Positions 1 to 9,023 of a DNA stretch of 64,000 nucleotides are shown here, piece after piece (position 1 is the first letter of the stretch; the number at the start of each line of letters is the position of its first letter). The position numbers were made by a program, and so were the translations under genes. Where the stretch lies: positions 87,167-151,166 of IMG/VR virus record IMGVR_UViG_3300027908_000001. One strand, 5' to 3'. This stretch comes from a virus. Lineage: Duplodnaviria; Heunggongvirae; Uroviricota; Caudoviricetes. Under the pieces are notes generated by a model. The model did not search any database. It was not told the origin of the DNA and was given only the letters and a program-made list of their open reading frames with translations.

Positions 1-299
1 AGCGCCGAAATGATGTAGTGACCGAACTCGAATGCCTCGATGTGTAATTCTCGAAGCGTAGCGGTTACGCCCTCTGCCCCGCCGCGCGTCTGCGTGAAGT
101 AGATAGTGATGTCGCGCACCCGTCTGGATTCGCGCGTGTCCCCGGTGAAAGGCCCCTGACCGCACGGACCTTTCTTCTCAGGCGTATCCCATTTCTCTTG
201 GATTGCGGCGATGGCCGCGACAATCTGCTCGCGCCTTGCCTCCAGTTTTCTGTAAAGAGCGATTCTCGCTGATTGCTGTTGGGCCTCTTGATAGTTCAT
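1..299 (-). CDS. hypothetical protein (partial, runs off window start)
   Basis: Read by hand: ATG at 299 overlapping the upstream TGA (TGATG); open frame MNYQEAQQQSARIALYRKLEARREQ... to the window edge. Confidence 0.7.
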   Translation of the reverse strand, partial: MNYQEAQQQSARIALYRKLEARREQIVAAIAAIQEKWDTPEKKGPCGQGPFTGDTRESRRVRDITIYFTQTRGGAEGVTATLRELHIEAFEFGHYIISA

Positions 300-640
300 C
301 AGTCCACCCGAATTTTTCTGCCATCCCGCGCAAGCGGTTCTGCGACCAGCCTCGGGCCTGCGCCATCTTGCGGAATTTCTTCGCACAACTCGTGCGTTCG
401 GTCGCCGCCACTGACAATGGGTGCTCCTGCTAAGCTATCGGCAATAATTTTACCGAATGACAAATTTTCCTGCACAATCCGAATCGCCTGTTCTTTGCTG
501 ATGCCGAAATATTTCAGCGCATTGGTCACACAGTCGTCATGGACAGGTTTGGGCGTGTTATCCCAATGAACATCTTGACCGCAGATTTCGCACTTCTGCC
601 ATGTCAGGCCAGCCTCCGAAGTTTGGACTTTCGTGGTCAC
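299..640 (-). CDS. hypothetical protein with CxxC...HxxC motif
   Basis: ATGA-coupled to 637..996; CEICG...HDDC. Confidence 0.6.
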   Translation of the reverse strand: MTTKVQTSEAGLTWQKCEICGQDVHWDNTPKPVHDDCVTNALKYFGISKEQAIRIVQENLSFGKIIADSLAGAPIVSGGDRTHELCEEIPQDGAGPRLVAEPLARDGRKIRVD

Positions 641-996
641 GCGTTATTGAAAATGTAGAGGAAGTTTTCCCGAGGGGCAAGCCGCTTGGCATTGGTCGGT
701 TCTTCCATGACAAGCCTGTAAACATCGCGACCGAGTCCGACGATGTGACAACACAAATCCCAAAAGCTATCATCACTCACGCCCCAATATTTCGCTAGTC
801 CTTCTGGCTGGGATTCGGCAAATTCATTCAAGTGCTCCTTCATTTCGGTGGCTCTTGCCTTGGCGAACTCTGCTATTTCCTGAATATGATGGTAGGTTAC
901 GCGCTCGTGTAGCTCCTTTCGCAAGCACGCGTAATCCGAATGGTCGCTATCCCAGCCGATGCGGCGAATCTCGCTCCATAGTTCTATATTAAGCAT
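637..996 (-). CDS. hypothetical protein (weak DUF4240-like motif)
   Basis: SDDSFWDLCCHIVGLGRDVYRLVMEEP recalls DUF4240; coupled to its neighbours. Confidence 0.55.
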   Translation of the reverse strand: MLNIELWSEIRRIGWDSDHSDYACLRKELHERVTYHHIQEIAEFAKARATEMKEHLNEFAESQPEGLAKYWGVSDDSFWDLCCHIVGLGRDVYRLVMEEPTNAKRLAPRENFLYIFNNA

Positions 997-1207
997 TTGT
1001 CGTCTCCTTTTTCTTCTGCTCTCTCTTAATCTTGTAGCATGTCAAATGCGTGTCGCAAACGCTGCAAAAAATGTTTGCCCACTCCGCACCGCCCAGCGCG
1101 ATAATCGCGCGCAATGTCTCTACCTCAAACTTGCACTGCTTGCAATACCGGCTTTCTCCGGTCAGCTTGACGACCACGCCGGATATCCGCCTTGGCCGGT
1201 CGCTCAT
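989..1207 (-). CDS. small zinc-finger protein
   Basis: CKQC...CSVC pairs. Confidence 0.6.
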   Translation of the reverse strand: MSDRPRRISGVVVKLTGESRYCKQCKFEVETLRAIIALGGAEWANIFCSVCDTHLTCYKIKREQKKKETTNA

Positions 1208-1443
1208 TGCCGAGCGAGCGAATCAAGGTAAAGCCGTCGCCCTTGTATGGCGTGAACCTTGAATCGACCGCCTTTGACACTCACTTCCTCCCCGACTGAA
1301 AACACCGGTCCTTGGTCGGCTCGGTTAGGAATGACGGCGTCTTTCATCTGTTGAATCGCATCGGCGCTCTTGGGCATTTCTGCGACCAACTTGGCAAAGT
1401 CTGGTGGCAACGCTCTTAGTTCTCCGGTTCTTAGGTCTTGCAT
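1204..1443 (-). CDS. hypothetical protein with KOW/SH3-like C-terminus
   Basis: FSVGEEVSVKGGRFKVHAIQGRRLYL; SD AAGGAG. Confidence 0.6.
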   Translation of the reverse strand: MQDLRTGELRALPPDFAKLVAEMPKSADAIQQMKDAVIPNRADQGPVFSVGEEVSVKGGRFKVHAIQGRRLYLDSLARQ

Positions 1444-1658
1444 TTTTCTCCTTGATTTTGTTGGTTCACTAAATCGCGCGTGTGGTCCGGTTTCTCCGCA
1501 GTCACGAATCCATCCGCTTCCATCTGTTCGATGATTCGGGTAGCTCGTATGAACCCAATCCTAAGTCGCCGCTGTAGGGCGCTCGGACTCACCCGACCTA
1601 TTTCTGTCAGCACAGCCTTGGCCGGTTCGTAATATTCTTGGATGTCGTCGTCCATCAT
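1431..1658 (-). CDS. stand-alone FtsK gamma (winged-helix) domain protein
   Basis: SPSALQRRLRIGFIRATRIIEQMEADGFV matches the FtsK gamma motif; start reassigned to the ATGA overlap at 1658. Confidence 0.85.
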   Translation of the reverse strand: MMDDDIQEYYEPAKAVLTEIGRVSPSALQRRLRIGFIRATRIIEQMEADGFVTAEKPDHTRDLVNQQNQGEKCKT

Positions 1659-1885
1659 TCCCATCCCGGCCACAGCGCCTGCCCCATTTTCAGGAACTGC
1701 CATGACAACCAACGGCGCGCGCGACGCGTGGAAACAATCATTATCTGACTGCCGACAATCCATACTAATGCCCACGGCTCTGTATCCGTCCATCCCTCAA
1801 TCACTAGGACCGCGATGCCGAAGATTAAATAGACCCATCCGAAATTCCATAAAAACACTTCTAGGTCATTCTTGAAAGAATTCAT
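1655..1885 (-). CDS. small membrane protein
   Basis: Two hydrophobic Trp-rich segments; coupled overlaps. Confidence 0.6.
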   Translation of the reverse strand: MNSFKNDLEVFLWNFGWVYLIFGIAVLVIEGWTDTEPWALVWIVGSQIMIVSTRRARRWLSWQFLKMGQALWPGWE

Positions 1886-2013
1886 GGCGTCTGACTCATG
1901 GCCTTCGGTATGCGCTGGATGTAACCAATCACCTTGATTGTGCCAATCATCGCGGCGAACCAGAGCAGGATGATGCCGGTGGAGATGAGCAGGGCCTTGA
2001 GGTTGGTGCTCAC
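1882..2013 (-). CDS. 43-aa single-TM protein
   Basis: Read by hand: GTG start with GTGA overlap, MSTNLKALLISTGIILLWFAAMIGTIKV..., stop overlaps the next ATG. Confidence 0.6.
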   Translation of the reverse strand: MSTNLKALLISTGIILLWFAAMIGTIKVIGYIQRIPKAMSQTP

Positions 2014-2279
2014 ACTTTTCTCTCCAGCAATGCCTTCGCTTCGGCCGCTATGATGATGTTCGCCGCCGTTCTCAGATACCTTGCCAATTCCTCGGCGCTT
2101 CGCCAGCGCTCAAGGTTTAATTCCATCAACCAATGGTCGCCGACCTCCGTGTTCTGACGCACCGTCACCGTGTTGTAGTTCTCCGCGTCGATGACGGCCA
2201 TAGAAACGCGTTCGCATTCAGTCAGGGGACGGACAAGCGGCTTCAAATCCACGGCTAAGGAATTAGTTTCCGTTTTCAT
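2010..2279 (-). CDS. hypothetical protein
   Basis: Fits the minus-strand tiling. Confidence 0.6.
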   Translation of the reverse strand: MKTETNSLAVDLKPLVRPLTECERVSMAVIDAENYNTVTVRQNTEVGDHWLMELNLERWRSAEELARYLRTAANIIIAAEAKALLERKV

Positions 2280-2685
2280 CTTCTGGTTTGGCAGTGTCAG
2301 CTATCTCGGTCGCGACCGCCTCCGCAGCCTTGGCCTCGAACTCCGCATCAAGCTTGGTGGCCAATCGCAGCAGTTCCAGACCGAGCTTGTAAAGTTTGTT
2401 GCCGTCCTCTTTCTTCTCCAACGGCTGCATGACCGTCAGCGCATAAGTCGTGGCCGCCAATCGGCATGCCTTGGCGTGTTGTGGGTCTTCCGCATTGAGT
2501 TTCAGGACGAAGTAGATTCCCTTCGGGTCCACCGGTTTGCCGTCGGCTTTGACCAGATGATACTTGACCTTTAATCCATCGCCCGCAATCTCGGGCGCTT
2601 GAACCGCCGCCATGAGTTGTTCGATGGCCTCTTTGTTGCCCGGTTTGGGCGTCGTTGTGTCCATGCCGCTCATGCTTTTCTCCAT
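2263..2685 (-). CDS. hypothetical phage protein
   Basis: IYFVLKLNAEDPQHAKACRLAATTYA resembles a common small phage family. Confidence 0.6.
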   Translation of the reverse strand: MEKSMSGMDTTTPKPGNKEAIEQLMAAVQAPEIAGDGLKVKYHLVKADGKPVDPKGIYFVLKLNAEDPQHAKACRLAATTYALTVMQPLEKKEDGNKLYKLGLELLRLATKLDAEFEAKAAEAVATEIADTAKPEDENGN

Positions 2686-2873
2686 TCCGTCATTCCAGTT
2701 CCAACGTATTCACAAAATTCATTCAGGTTCAGGTTCACGAAGGCGATGCAGACACCCAGCCACCATGCCCGACGAAACTTCTCGCCATTGATTGTACTGC
2801 GGAACACGCCGGGCTTCCACCATGGGCAGTCGATGCACCGGCCGAACTCGATAAACCACGTCCGGTCTTTCAT
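2670..2873 (-). CDS. hypothetical protein
   Basis: Start reassigned to the ATGA overlap at 2873 (MKDRTW). Confidence 0.5.
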   Translation of the reverse strand: MKDRTWFIEFGRCIDCPWWKPGVFRSTINGEKFRRAWWLGVCIAFVNLNLNEFCEYVGTGMTEWRKA

Positions 2874-3223
2874 GTCGGCACCATCGGTTGATAGCACATC
2901 GCATCTCTAACGTAGTTCGGCAATCGGTACAGATAAATTCCTTTGCAATACTGGCTGAGCTTTACCTGCGGATGGACCGGCAATGGCAACAACTCCGGGA
3001 ACTGCCGCTCAAGCTCGCGCATCAAGGGCGTGCCGATGGCCAAGAAATCTCCGGCATCCAAATCAAACCCGTACTGCTTGGCCAACGCCTGCCAGACGTT
3101 CTCGAATTTCGGCACCGTGGCAAGTGCGGCCTTGAATTCTTCCAGTGTGAAATCATCATGCGGCTCACCGGTCGTGCTATTGGAACCGTCGAGTATGTCG
3201 TTGATGGTTTCGGTAAGACTCAT
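2870..3223 (-). CDS. hypothetical protein
   Basis: ATGA-coupled tiling. Confidence 0.6.
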   Translation of the reverse strand: MSLTETINDILDGSNSTTGEPHDDFTLEEFKAALATVPKFENVWQALAKQYGFDLDAGDFLAIGTPLMRELERQFPELLPLPVHPQVKLSQYCKGIYLYRLPNYVRDAMCYQPMVPT

Positions 3224-3513
3224 AGACCAATCATTTTCAACTTGAAAGGGTTGAACGGTTCGGAGTTTTCCCCATGCGACGTATACCCGGCCGCCCGGGC
3301 CATGCAGGTCGCCAGCATGTGCAATATCAAGTCAATCTCCGTATCATCGACTACCCAAACATTGCTATCGAGATGGATTTCGATTTTACCATCCTTCTCT
3401 CCGGTCAGCTTAACCAGTTTAATGTATGGAACCTTGTAACCGCCGACGCTTGCGTAGCAGTATTCCGGTGCCGTGAACGGCCCGATGATTTCCGCATGTT
3501 TGAATTCAGTCAT
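3220..3513 (-). CDS. hypothetical protein
   Basis: SD GGAG; tiling. Confidence 0.6.
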   Translation of the reverse strand: MTEFKHAEIIGPFTAPEYCYASVGGYKVPYIKLVKLTGEKDGKIEIHLDSNVWVVDDTEIDLILHMLATCMARAAGYTSHGENSEPFNPFKLKMIGL

Positions 3514-3721
3514 ACTTCTCCACCTGCGGAACCCGCGCCGGATGTAACCGTTTGTACTTCGCGGCGTGCAAGAGCGCGGCGGCTCTCGACATCTTCTTTG
3601 CCTTGTCGCGATGCGCGGTCAGTGTCCAATTTTTGCTGCCTCCGCGTAGTTTCCTAAAAAAATAGTGGCCGCTCGCGAGGCGAACGATGTGAGTTTTTTC
3701 CGATGTAACTTTCTTGCTCAC
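3506..3721 (-). CDS. small basic hypothetical protein
   Basis: GTGA overlap start at 3721. Confidence 0.55.
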   Translation of the reverse strand: MSKKVTSEKTHIVRLASGHYFFRKLRGGSKNWTLTAHRDKAKKMSRAAALLHAAKYKRLHPARVPQVEKYD

Positions 3722-3870
3722 GCGCCCAGTACCCATTTCCAAATCTTACAGACGACCCACACCAGCCCAATCAAGTACATGGCAAATGTAAACACGTGAA
3801 GCAGCTTGTGGTAAGCGCTGCGTGCTTTGCCGTACTCGTGATGGATTCCGATGTCGCCGTGCTCATTCAT
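3718..3870 (-). CDS. small membrane protein
   Basis: ATGA overlap at 3870; C-terminal hydrophobic helix. Confidence 0.55.
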   Translation of the reverse strand: MNEHGDIGIHHEYGKARSAYHKLLHVFTFAMYLIGLVWVVCKIWKWVLGA

Positions 3871-4289
3871 TTCTTTACCGGCAATTCCGGCGCTTGAACA
3901 GGCAGCCACCAGCCGCGCCAAAGAGGGTCTTTAACATTGCGTGTTAGTTCATCATAACGAATGCAAACGAACAAATGCGTTTTTGAGCCCTTGTGACCAG
4001 AGCGCATGACATTCAAAAAGAATGGGGCGGAATCTTTATCGCCGTTCCACCACCAGTAATCGCCGGATTCAGTCGGCGGCTTCTGACTCCATTGCGGCTG
4101 CGACTTTAGGCCATGCCGGTCCACTGCCACAATATCGCAAGACAGCTTCTCATAGCTATCGACCAACCGGCGGAGCGCGTCGGTAACGCCCATGGAACCG
4201 AACATCAGGCGGGTCGAGGTAATCGGCCCGGTGAATATCTTCGATTCGAGCGCCAGCGCGCGCTGCTTGACTGTCTGTTTCTTTTTCAT
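3867..4289 (-). CDS. hypothetical phage protein
   Basis: WSQKPPTESGDYWWW motif, common in small phage proteins. Confidence 0.6.
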   Translation of the reverse strand: MKKKQTVKQRALALESKIFTGPITSTRLMFGSMGVTDALRRLVDSYEKLSCDIVAVDRHGLKSQPQWSQKPPTESGDYWWWNGDKDSAPFFLNVMRSGHKGSKTHLFVCIRYDELTRNVKDPLWRGWWLPVQAPELPVKK

Positions 4290-4687
4290 GGCTTGTTCGT
4301 ATCCACCTGTTCAATCCAATCGTTGGTCACCTTGAGCTTCCATGTCCGCACTGTCTTGGATAGCTCGCGCTCCGTTTTCCCGGTCCACTTCTGGCCTTCC
4401 CACTCGAACACAAGCAGCTTTTCCTCGATGATGACAGTAGTTTCGTTGCTCTGCGTCAGCGGGTGCGGCAATGGAGGAAACTGAACGTTTGGCAGCCGGT
4501 AAATCGCATCCGCGACGACCACTGTACCGCTATTGGCGACCGGCACCTGTGAGGCAGAATTATCGCATAGGACAACACCCCAAGGACTCTGCTGCGGTGC
4601 TGCAATCACTTCGTCCGTGGTTGCCACAGTCTGCGTGTGAACGTTCAGCACGATGCTGGCGAGGATGAGGATGTTCGATAGCGTCAC
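4286..4687 (-). CDS. hypothetical protein with N-terminal hydrophobic signal/anchor
   Basis: MTLSNILILASIVLNV; SD AAGGAG. Confidence 0.6.
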   Translation of the reverse strand: MTLSNILILASIVLNVHTQTVATTDEVIAAPQQSPWGVVLCDNSASQVPVANSGTVVVADAIYRLPNVQFPPLPHPLTQSNETTVIIEEKLLVFEWEGQKWTGKTERELSKTVRTWKLKVTNDWIEQVDTNKP

Positions 4688-4696
4688 GGTGTCTCC

Positions 4697-5791
4697 TTAA
4701 TTCAGTCGCATCGGCATTATCACATAAACGAACCTGCCTGCCGTCTTGATTACGCCGGGGCTCATTTCATCTACCAGTTCAAAAAACACTTCGTCATCAG
4801 TCAAGGCGTTGAGCGGCTCCAGCATGTAATGCGGGTTGAACGCGATGGAGACTTCTTTGCCCTTGAACTTAATCGGCAATTCTTCGCGCGCTTCGCCGAC
4901 CTCGGGCGTGGTGGAAGTGATGGCCAGCAGGTCTTTCCCGAAATGCAGCCGGACCGACATGGACTTGTCCGAGGCCAGCAATGAGGCCCGACGCAGGCCG
5001 CCGATGAACGCGTCCCGGTTCAAGGCCACGCGCTCCTTGCATTCAGCAGGCATGACCTGCTTGTAATTCGGAAACGTGCCTTCGATAATTTTCGTCTTGA
5101 ATTCCACGCCACCAGCCTCGAATGTCACAGCGTCCTTGTGGAATATGATGGTGGCGTAGCCGTCAGAGCCGACCAGCTTGCTCAATTGGTCAACTGCCTT
5201 CGATGGAATAATGACTTCCTGTTTCGCCCACTTGGCGGCTGGCACGGTATGCGGGAATAACGCGAGCCGCCGACCGTCTGTCGCGACGGCAGTGATTTCG
5301 TCTCCATCCAATTCCAGCAGTACGCCATTCAAGACGTAACGGGTTTCGTCGTGGCTAATGGCGTATTTGGTTTTCTTGAGGAGGTCGGCCAGCGCGTTCT
5401 GCGTAATCGTAACGCTCGCCAGCTTATCGGTCTTGAGCATCGACGGGAATTCCTCACCGGGTAAACCATACATCTTCACACTCGAACTGCCGCATGTAAT
5501 CGAGGCAACGTGCTTGGCCGTGATAGAAAAATTAACCTCGGGAGCCGTGGCGTTCTTGAGTACCGCAAACAGACGGCGCACCGGCAGTGTCGATGTGCCT
5601 TCCTCTTTTACATCGGCCTTGACTACCGTTCGGCAAAAGATGTCGAGGTCGGTACAGGTCAGTGTCAAGGAATCCTTGCCAGCGGCGATATGGACGTTGC
5701 CGAGCACCGGCAAACTGGTGCGGCTGGCGATGACGCCTTGGACTTGGCCGAGCGCTTCGAGGATGGCGGACTTTTCGATGGTGAACTTCAT
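4697..5791 (-). CDS. dnaN: DNA polymerase III beta sliding clamp
   Basis: LPVLGNV, CTDLD, DETRYVLNGV, VATDGRRL, IEGTFPNYKQV, AFNPHY, VIMPMR; start at MKFTIEK (ATGA overlap). Confidence 0.97.
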   Translation of the reverse strand: MKFTIEKSAILEALGQVQGVIASRTSLPVLGNVHIAAGKDSLTLTCTDLDIFCRTVVKADVKEEGTSTLPVRRLFAVLKNATAPEVNFSITAKHVASITCGSSSVKMYGLPGEEFPSMLKTDKLASVTITQNALADLLKKTKYAISHDETRYVLNGVLLELDGDEITAVATDGRRLALFPHTVPAAKWAKQEVIIPSKAVDQLSKLVGSDGYATIIFHKDAVTFEAGGVEFKTKIIEGTFPNYKQVMPAECKERVALNRDAFIGGLRRASLLASDKSMSVRLHFGKDLLAITSTTPEVGEAREELPIKFKGKEVSIAFNPHYMLEPLNALTDDEVFFELVDEMSPGVIKTAGRFVYVIMPMRLN

Positions 5792-6603
5792 AGGCCGAGT
5801 GCGTGCTCCTTCAATTTCGGAAACTGTTTCATGTCCCATGTTCGGTCTGGGATTCGACCCTGTTGGCCCGGTAGCGAAGCCGAGTCCTGCTTTACAAATA
5901 CAGGTACATTGTAAATACCGCATTGCGCCGCGGCCGATTCAATCGCCTTGACTCCGCAATCGCGCCGTTTCTTGCCTGACTCACCGCCAACTATAAGCCA
6001 ATGGAGTTGACCTTCGTACTTGCTAAGCTCCAGCCCTACATCTTCCAGTAAGGGTTCAAGACTCATCATCCTTATAGCCGCCGGTGTGCGCAGCAAGTGG
6101 AGCATGGCGGCATCATAAACCTTCTGCGTACCGGCGCTCGTACCCCAAACAATGTTCGGCACGTCAGCCATTGATGGATAGTGCATGCTTAGGTAATTCG
6201 CCATTCGCTCCTCGCGCTTGGTCAGGATTATGTAAATATGGCGAGGCGTGTTTAGCATCACTTCAATCATCTGCCGAATCTGGTCGGCTGCCACGAATTC
6301 ACCAAAGAAGTCGCTCATCGAATTGACAAACCAACAGGTCGGCGCGGTCGCGCGCTTTGGCAAATCCATATTGACCAATTCTATGCGTACCTCATTACGA
6401 TGCTTGATGGAAAAATCAAATCCCGTACCAAGTCGCTCGTTCATGTCCGAGGCATAACACATGGCGCATTCAGGTTTCCCGGCCACTTTCTCGCAATGCC
6501 ACCCGCGCTTCCCGGTTACCTTATGAAACGCGGCAATGGGATTCCATGTGGCCGGTTTGTAACCGGGCCATGAACACCAGCCGATTGTCGTATCCTTACC
6601 CAA
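5788..6603 (-). CDS. phage Gp37/Gp68 family (DUF5131) three-Cys-motif protein
   Basis: TTIGW...TWNPI, CEKV...CAMCYA, FVNSMSDFF, ILTKR, SLEPLL, WLIVGGESG, VPVFVKQ. Confidence 0.92.
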   Translation of the reverse strand: MGKDTTIGWCSWPGYKPATWNPIAAFHKVTGKRGWHCEKVAGKPECAMCYASDMNERLGTGFDFSIKHRNEVRIELVNMDLPKRATAPTCWFVNSMSDFFGEFVAADQIRQMIEVMLNTPRHIYIILTKREERMANYLSMHYPSMADVPNIVWGTSAGTQKVYDAAMLHLLRTPAAIRMMSLEPLLEDVGLELSKYEGQLHWLIVGGESGKKRRDCGVKAIESAAAQCGIYNVPVFVKQDSASLPGQQGRIPDRTWDMKQFPKLKEHALGL

Positions 6604-6605
6604 TT

Positions 6606-7148
6606 TTACCCCGGCGATTCGTCGTTGGCCGCAACAGCCTCAGATTCCACTACCGACCGCTCCATGTCCTCCAAGACATTGACGGAAGTCAGTGAGCCAC
6701 GCTCCCGAAGATAGGCCAAGCATTGTTCCACGACTTCGTTCACTGCCAGCGCCGTCGAGGTCGTCAAGGCTCGGTGGTCATCCGGATTGGAATCCGGTGC
6801 CGTCTCCGCCAGTGATGGCGATTTCAATTCCAGCAAGGCCGCAGTGTGACGCAGAACCTTCTTCGCCACGATGCTGGTTATCATCGCCCCGTCTTTGGCC
6901 CGGTACTTGATGTTCAGGCCACAGACTTCAAAACGCTCGCCATACGCATGTCCCATTTCGAGCAAATCCAACATCGGAATTTTCAACGACTTGAGCGCAT
7001 CCAGCAGAGCGATGTGTGGCGCTACTTCGCTGGTGAGTTTGTAGTCTAACCATTCGTCCGGGTCGCGCGTCGACGGTTTCTGGTAGGAAATGGAAATCTT
7101 GCCGTCTTCGAGTTTCAGCTTGGTAATCCGCGTCTGTCGTTCGCTCAT
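6606..7148 (-). CDS. hypothetical phage protein
   Basis: Long coupled ORF. Confidence 0.65.
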   Translation of the reverse strand: MSERQTRITKLKLEDGKISISYQKPSTRDPDEWLDYKLTSEVAPHIALLDALKSLKIPMLDLLEMGHAYGERFEVCGLNIKYRAKDGAMITSIVAKKVLRHTAALLELKSPSLAETAPDSNPDDHRALTTSTALAVNEVVEQCLAYLRERGSLTSVNVLEDMERSVVESEAVAANDESPG

Positions 7149-7471
7149 GTTGATTCTCCTGCTTCGATAATTATTGGGTCTGGAACTGGGCCGTACCGCC
7201 CGTGCAAAGCCACCAGTTCATCACGCATTTTTAGATTGACCATGACGAGTTCCACGATAGCTTTTTTTAAGGCCAGTTCGAGTGGATTGCATGCGCCAAA
7301 CCGATATTCCGACAACGCGACCGCCACCCGGGGGTCAATCTGCGCACACTTTTGAAAGTTCTCTTCGATATTTTTCTTGCGGCATTCAACGGGGTCAGTC
7401 TCCTTGCAATCATCCTCATGGTGAAGAAAACTGCCGCATTTGAAACAGGCCCGTTCGTTGTGGTCGCTCAT
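7145..7471 (-). CDS. CCHC zinc-knuckle protein
   Basis: CFKCGSFLHHEDDC is an exact CX2CX4HX4C. Confidence 0.7.
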   Translation of the reverse strand: MSDHNERACFKCGSFLHHEDDCKETDPVECRKKNIEENFQKCAQIDPRVAVALSEYRFGACNPLELALKKAIVELVMVNLKMRDELVALHGRYGPVPDPIIIEAGEST

Positions 7472-7491
7472 TCCATTCCTTGGTGAGGCTG

Positions 7492-7530
7492 TTTGTAGCG
7501 GATTACTTGTTTCGCGTCAACAACTATTTT
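7492..7530 (-). promoter_or_regulatory. sigma70-like promoter with degenerate operator
   Basis: AAAATAGTTG-TTGACG-N17-TACAAA; operator-like ACTTGT-T-TCGCGT at 7505-7517. Confidence 0.7.
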
Positions 7531-8099
7531 GCGCCGGTCATCATCGCATACCCCCGAATCCCTCGGAGCGGCGTGAAGCTCAGAATCGGACCGGGCGACT
7601 TGGCCGTGTGTGCGGCCTTCTGGACACACAACTCCGCCGCGTACTCCGTAACTTGTGGCGAATTGGGGCAACCTTTCCACTTGTCGTCCATCGGCATGCC
7701 TATCACCTGCCGCAACTGATTAGAGAGCCCCTGCGCTTTCTTGTTGGCCCCGCCGCCCGCCGTCACGAACAGCAGTGTGGGCTGCTTCACGACCATGGCC
7801 AGAGTCAGGAAGATTTCCCACGGTTCCCCGAACGTGTCGCAGTCCACCACGTTGTAACGCGTCATTGGATTCGCATACAACCATGCCGCCGTGACCTCAA
7901 TCGGCAGCGTGCCGGGCATCACAGGCTTCTTGTCTACGGGCACGTACTGCGATGTGCGATACTCGTCCTGCAGCGTCCGCCACAGATTTCCTTCCCCGGC
8001 TCCGATGTCTAAGATGTAGAGGTCGGTGTCGCGCATCCAGCGTTGCAGCGCCCATCGCCGGAGGTCCAACCGCAGACCGAACGTGGCGTCTTTGCTCAT
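7524..8099 (-). CDS. small class I SAM-dependent methyltransferase-like protein (TcmP-like)
   Basis: ILDIGAGEG (motif I) and VVDCDTFGEPW; lies near DUF5131. Confidence 0.65.
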   Translation of the reverse strand: MSKDATFGLRLDLRRWALQRWMRDTDLYILDIGAGEGNLWRTLQDEYRTSQYVPVDKKPVMPGTLPIEVTAAWLYANPMTRYNVVDCDTFGEPWEIFLTLAMVVKQPTLLFVTAGGGANKKAQGLSNQLRQVIGMPMDDKWKGCPNSPQVTEYAAELCVQKAAHTAKSPGPILSFTPLRGIRGYAMMTGAK

Positions 8100-8512
8100 A
8101 TTTGCCCTTCAAATTTCATTTGATTCTGCCAGCCGATTGATTGTTTAATTTCCTCCAAGCTCCTTCCGAAAACGGTCGCATTGAAACAAAGGCTTACCTT
8201 CAGACTGCTGGTGTCCTCATCGAAATATGAACGCACAAAAAACCTTCCGGCTTTGAATGGGATTTTCATTTTATCTTCAATGAGACTCTTAAAGACCAGC
8301 CAATCTTCGAGGTAGTCAGTCCTTCCGCCAACTCGAAGAGTGTAGTCTGTTGTGTATCTGCCCAAGAAAATGTGTGAATCGGTAATTTGCTTTCCTGTAA
8401 AAACGCTGTCGCAGAATGTCGTTCCGACTTCTAGGGCTACCAAATCACCGACCTTGAAATTTATCTCCCACGGGAATGCTGCGACAGGAGGAGTATCGGC
8501 GGTCGCACTCAT
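8096..8512 (-). CDS. hypothetical protein (AT-richer than its neighbours)
   Basis: ATGA-coupled on both sides. Confidence 0.6.
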   Translation of the reverse strand: MSATADTPPVAAFPWEINFKVGDLVALEVGTTFCDSVFTGKQITDSHIFLGRYTTDYTLRVGGRTDYLEDWLVFKSLIEDKMKIPFKAGRFFVRSYFDEDTSSLKVSLCFNATVFGRSLEEIKQSIGWQNQMKFEGQI

Positions 8513-8829
8513 GCCGCCTTCTCCACTACCGGCGTGAACGTCCCCGCGCCATCGCAGCGCAGTTGGTTGATTTTGTATGGCGCTTTCAGCCAGTAGAAGT
8601 TATCACAGCCGCGTGCTCCGCACTTCGCGCAACACCAACACGACGTGCAGCCACCCTTGGAGAACTCCTTATTGGCGCAGATGATTTTGAAAGCTTCCGG
8701 TTCGATGGTCGGTATTGTCCGATAATTCGCCGTCGGGTCGGCGGCGTCCGCCCAGAGTAATGGTATGCCTCCTTCATTGACGCTCAGGCATGGCCGCTCC
8801 GGAATCTCGGTATGCGTGACATCACTCAT
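8509..8829 (-). CDS. Cys-rich hypothetical protein
   Basis: CTSCWCCAKCGARGC; start at the ATGA overlap. Confidence 0.55.
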   Translation of the reverse strand: MSDVTHTEIPERPCLSVNEGGIPLLWADAADPTANYRTIPTIEPEAFKIICANKEFSKGGCTSCWCCAKCGARGCDNFYWLKAPYKINQLRCDGAGTFTPVVEKAA

Positions 8830-9023
8830 TGCTTGAACCACCACTTATCCGTAGCCCATAGCCAGAACTTGACCTCCCAGATAGAGGCCAATCCCGCTAA
8901 ATCCATATCCATCATTTGAAGCCTCTTGACGTGGTCATCAATGTTCAAATGAAAAATCCACATCATAATCTGAACGATGGTGAGCATAACGCAGACCTTG
9001 GTAATCTGGCGACCGGTCATCAC
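8826..9023 (-). CDS. small membrane protein
   Basis: Hydrophobic N-terminus; coupled. Confidence 0.5.
   Translation of the reverse strand: MMTGRQITKVCVMLTIVQIMMWIFHLNIDDHVKRLQMMDMDLAGLASIWEVKFWLWATDKWWFKQ

Noticed and set aside
178-417. Alternative ORF MSVAATERT... with an AGGAG upstream
   Set aside because: It overlaps two genes that already tile through TGATG/ATGA coupling; no motif support
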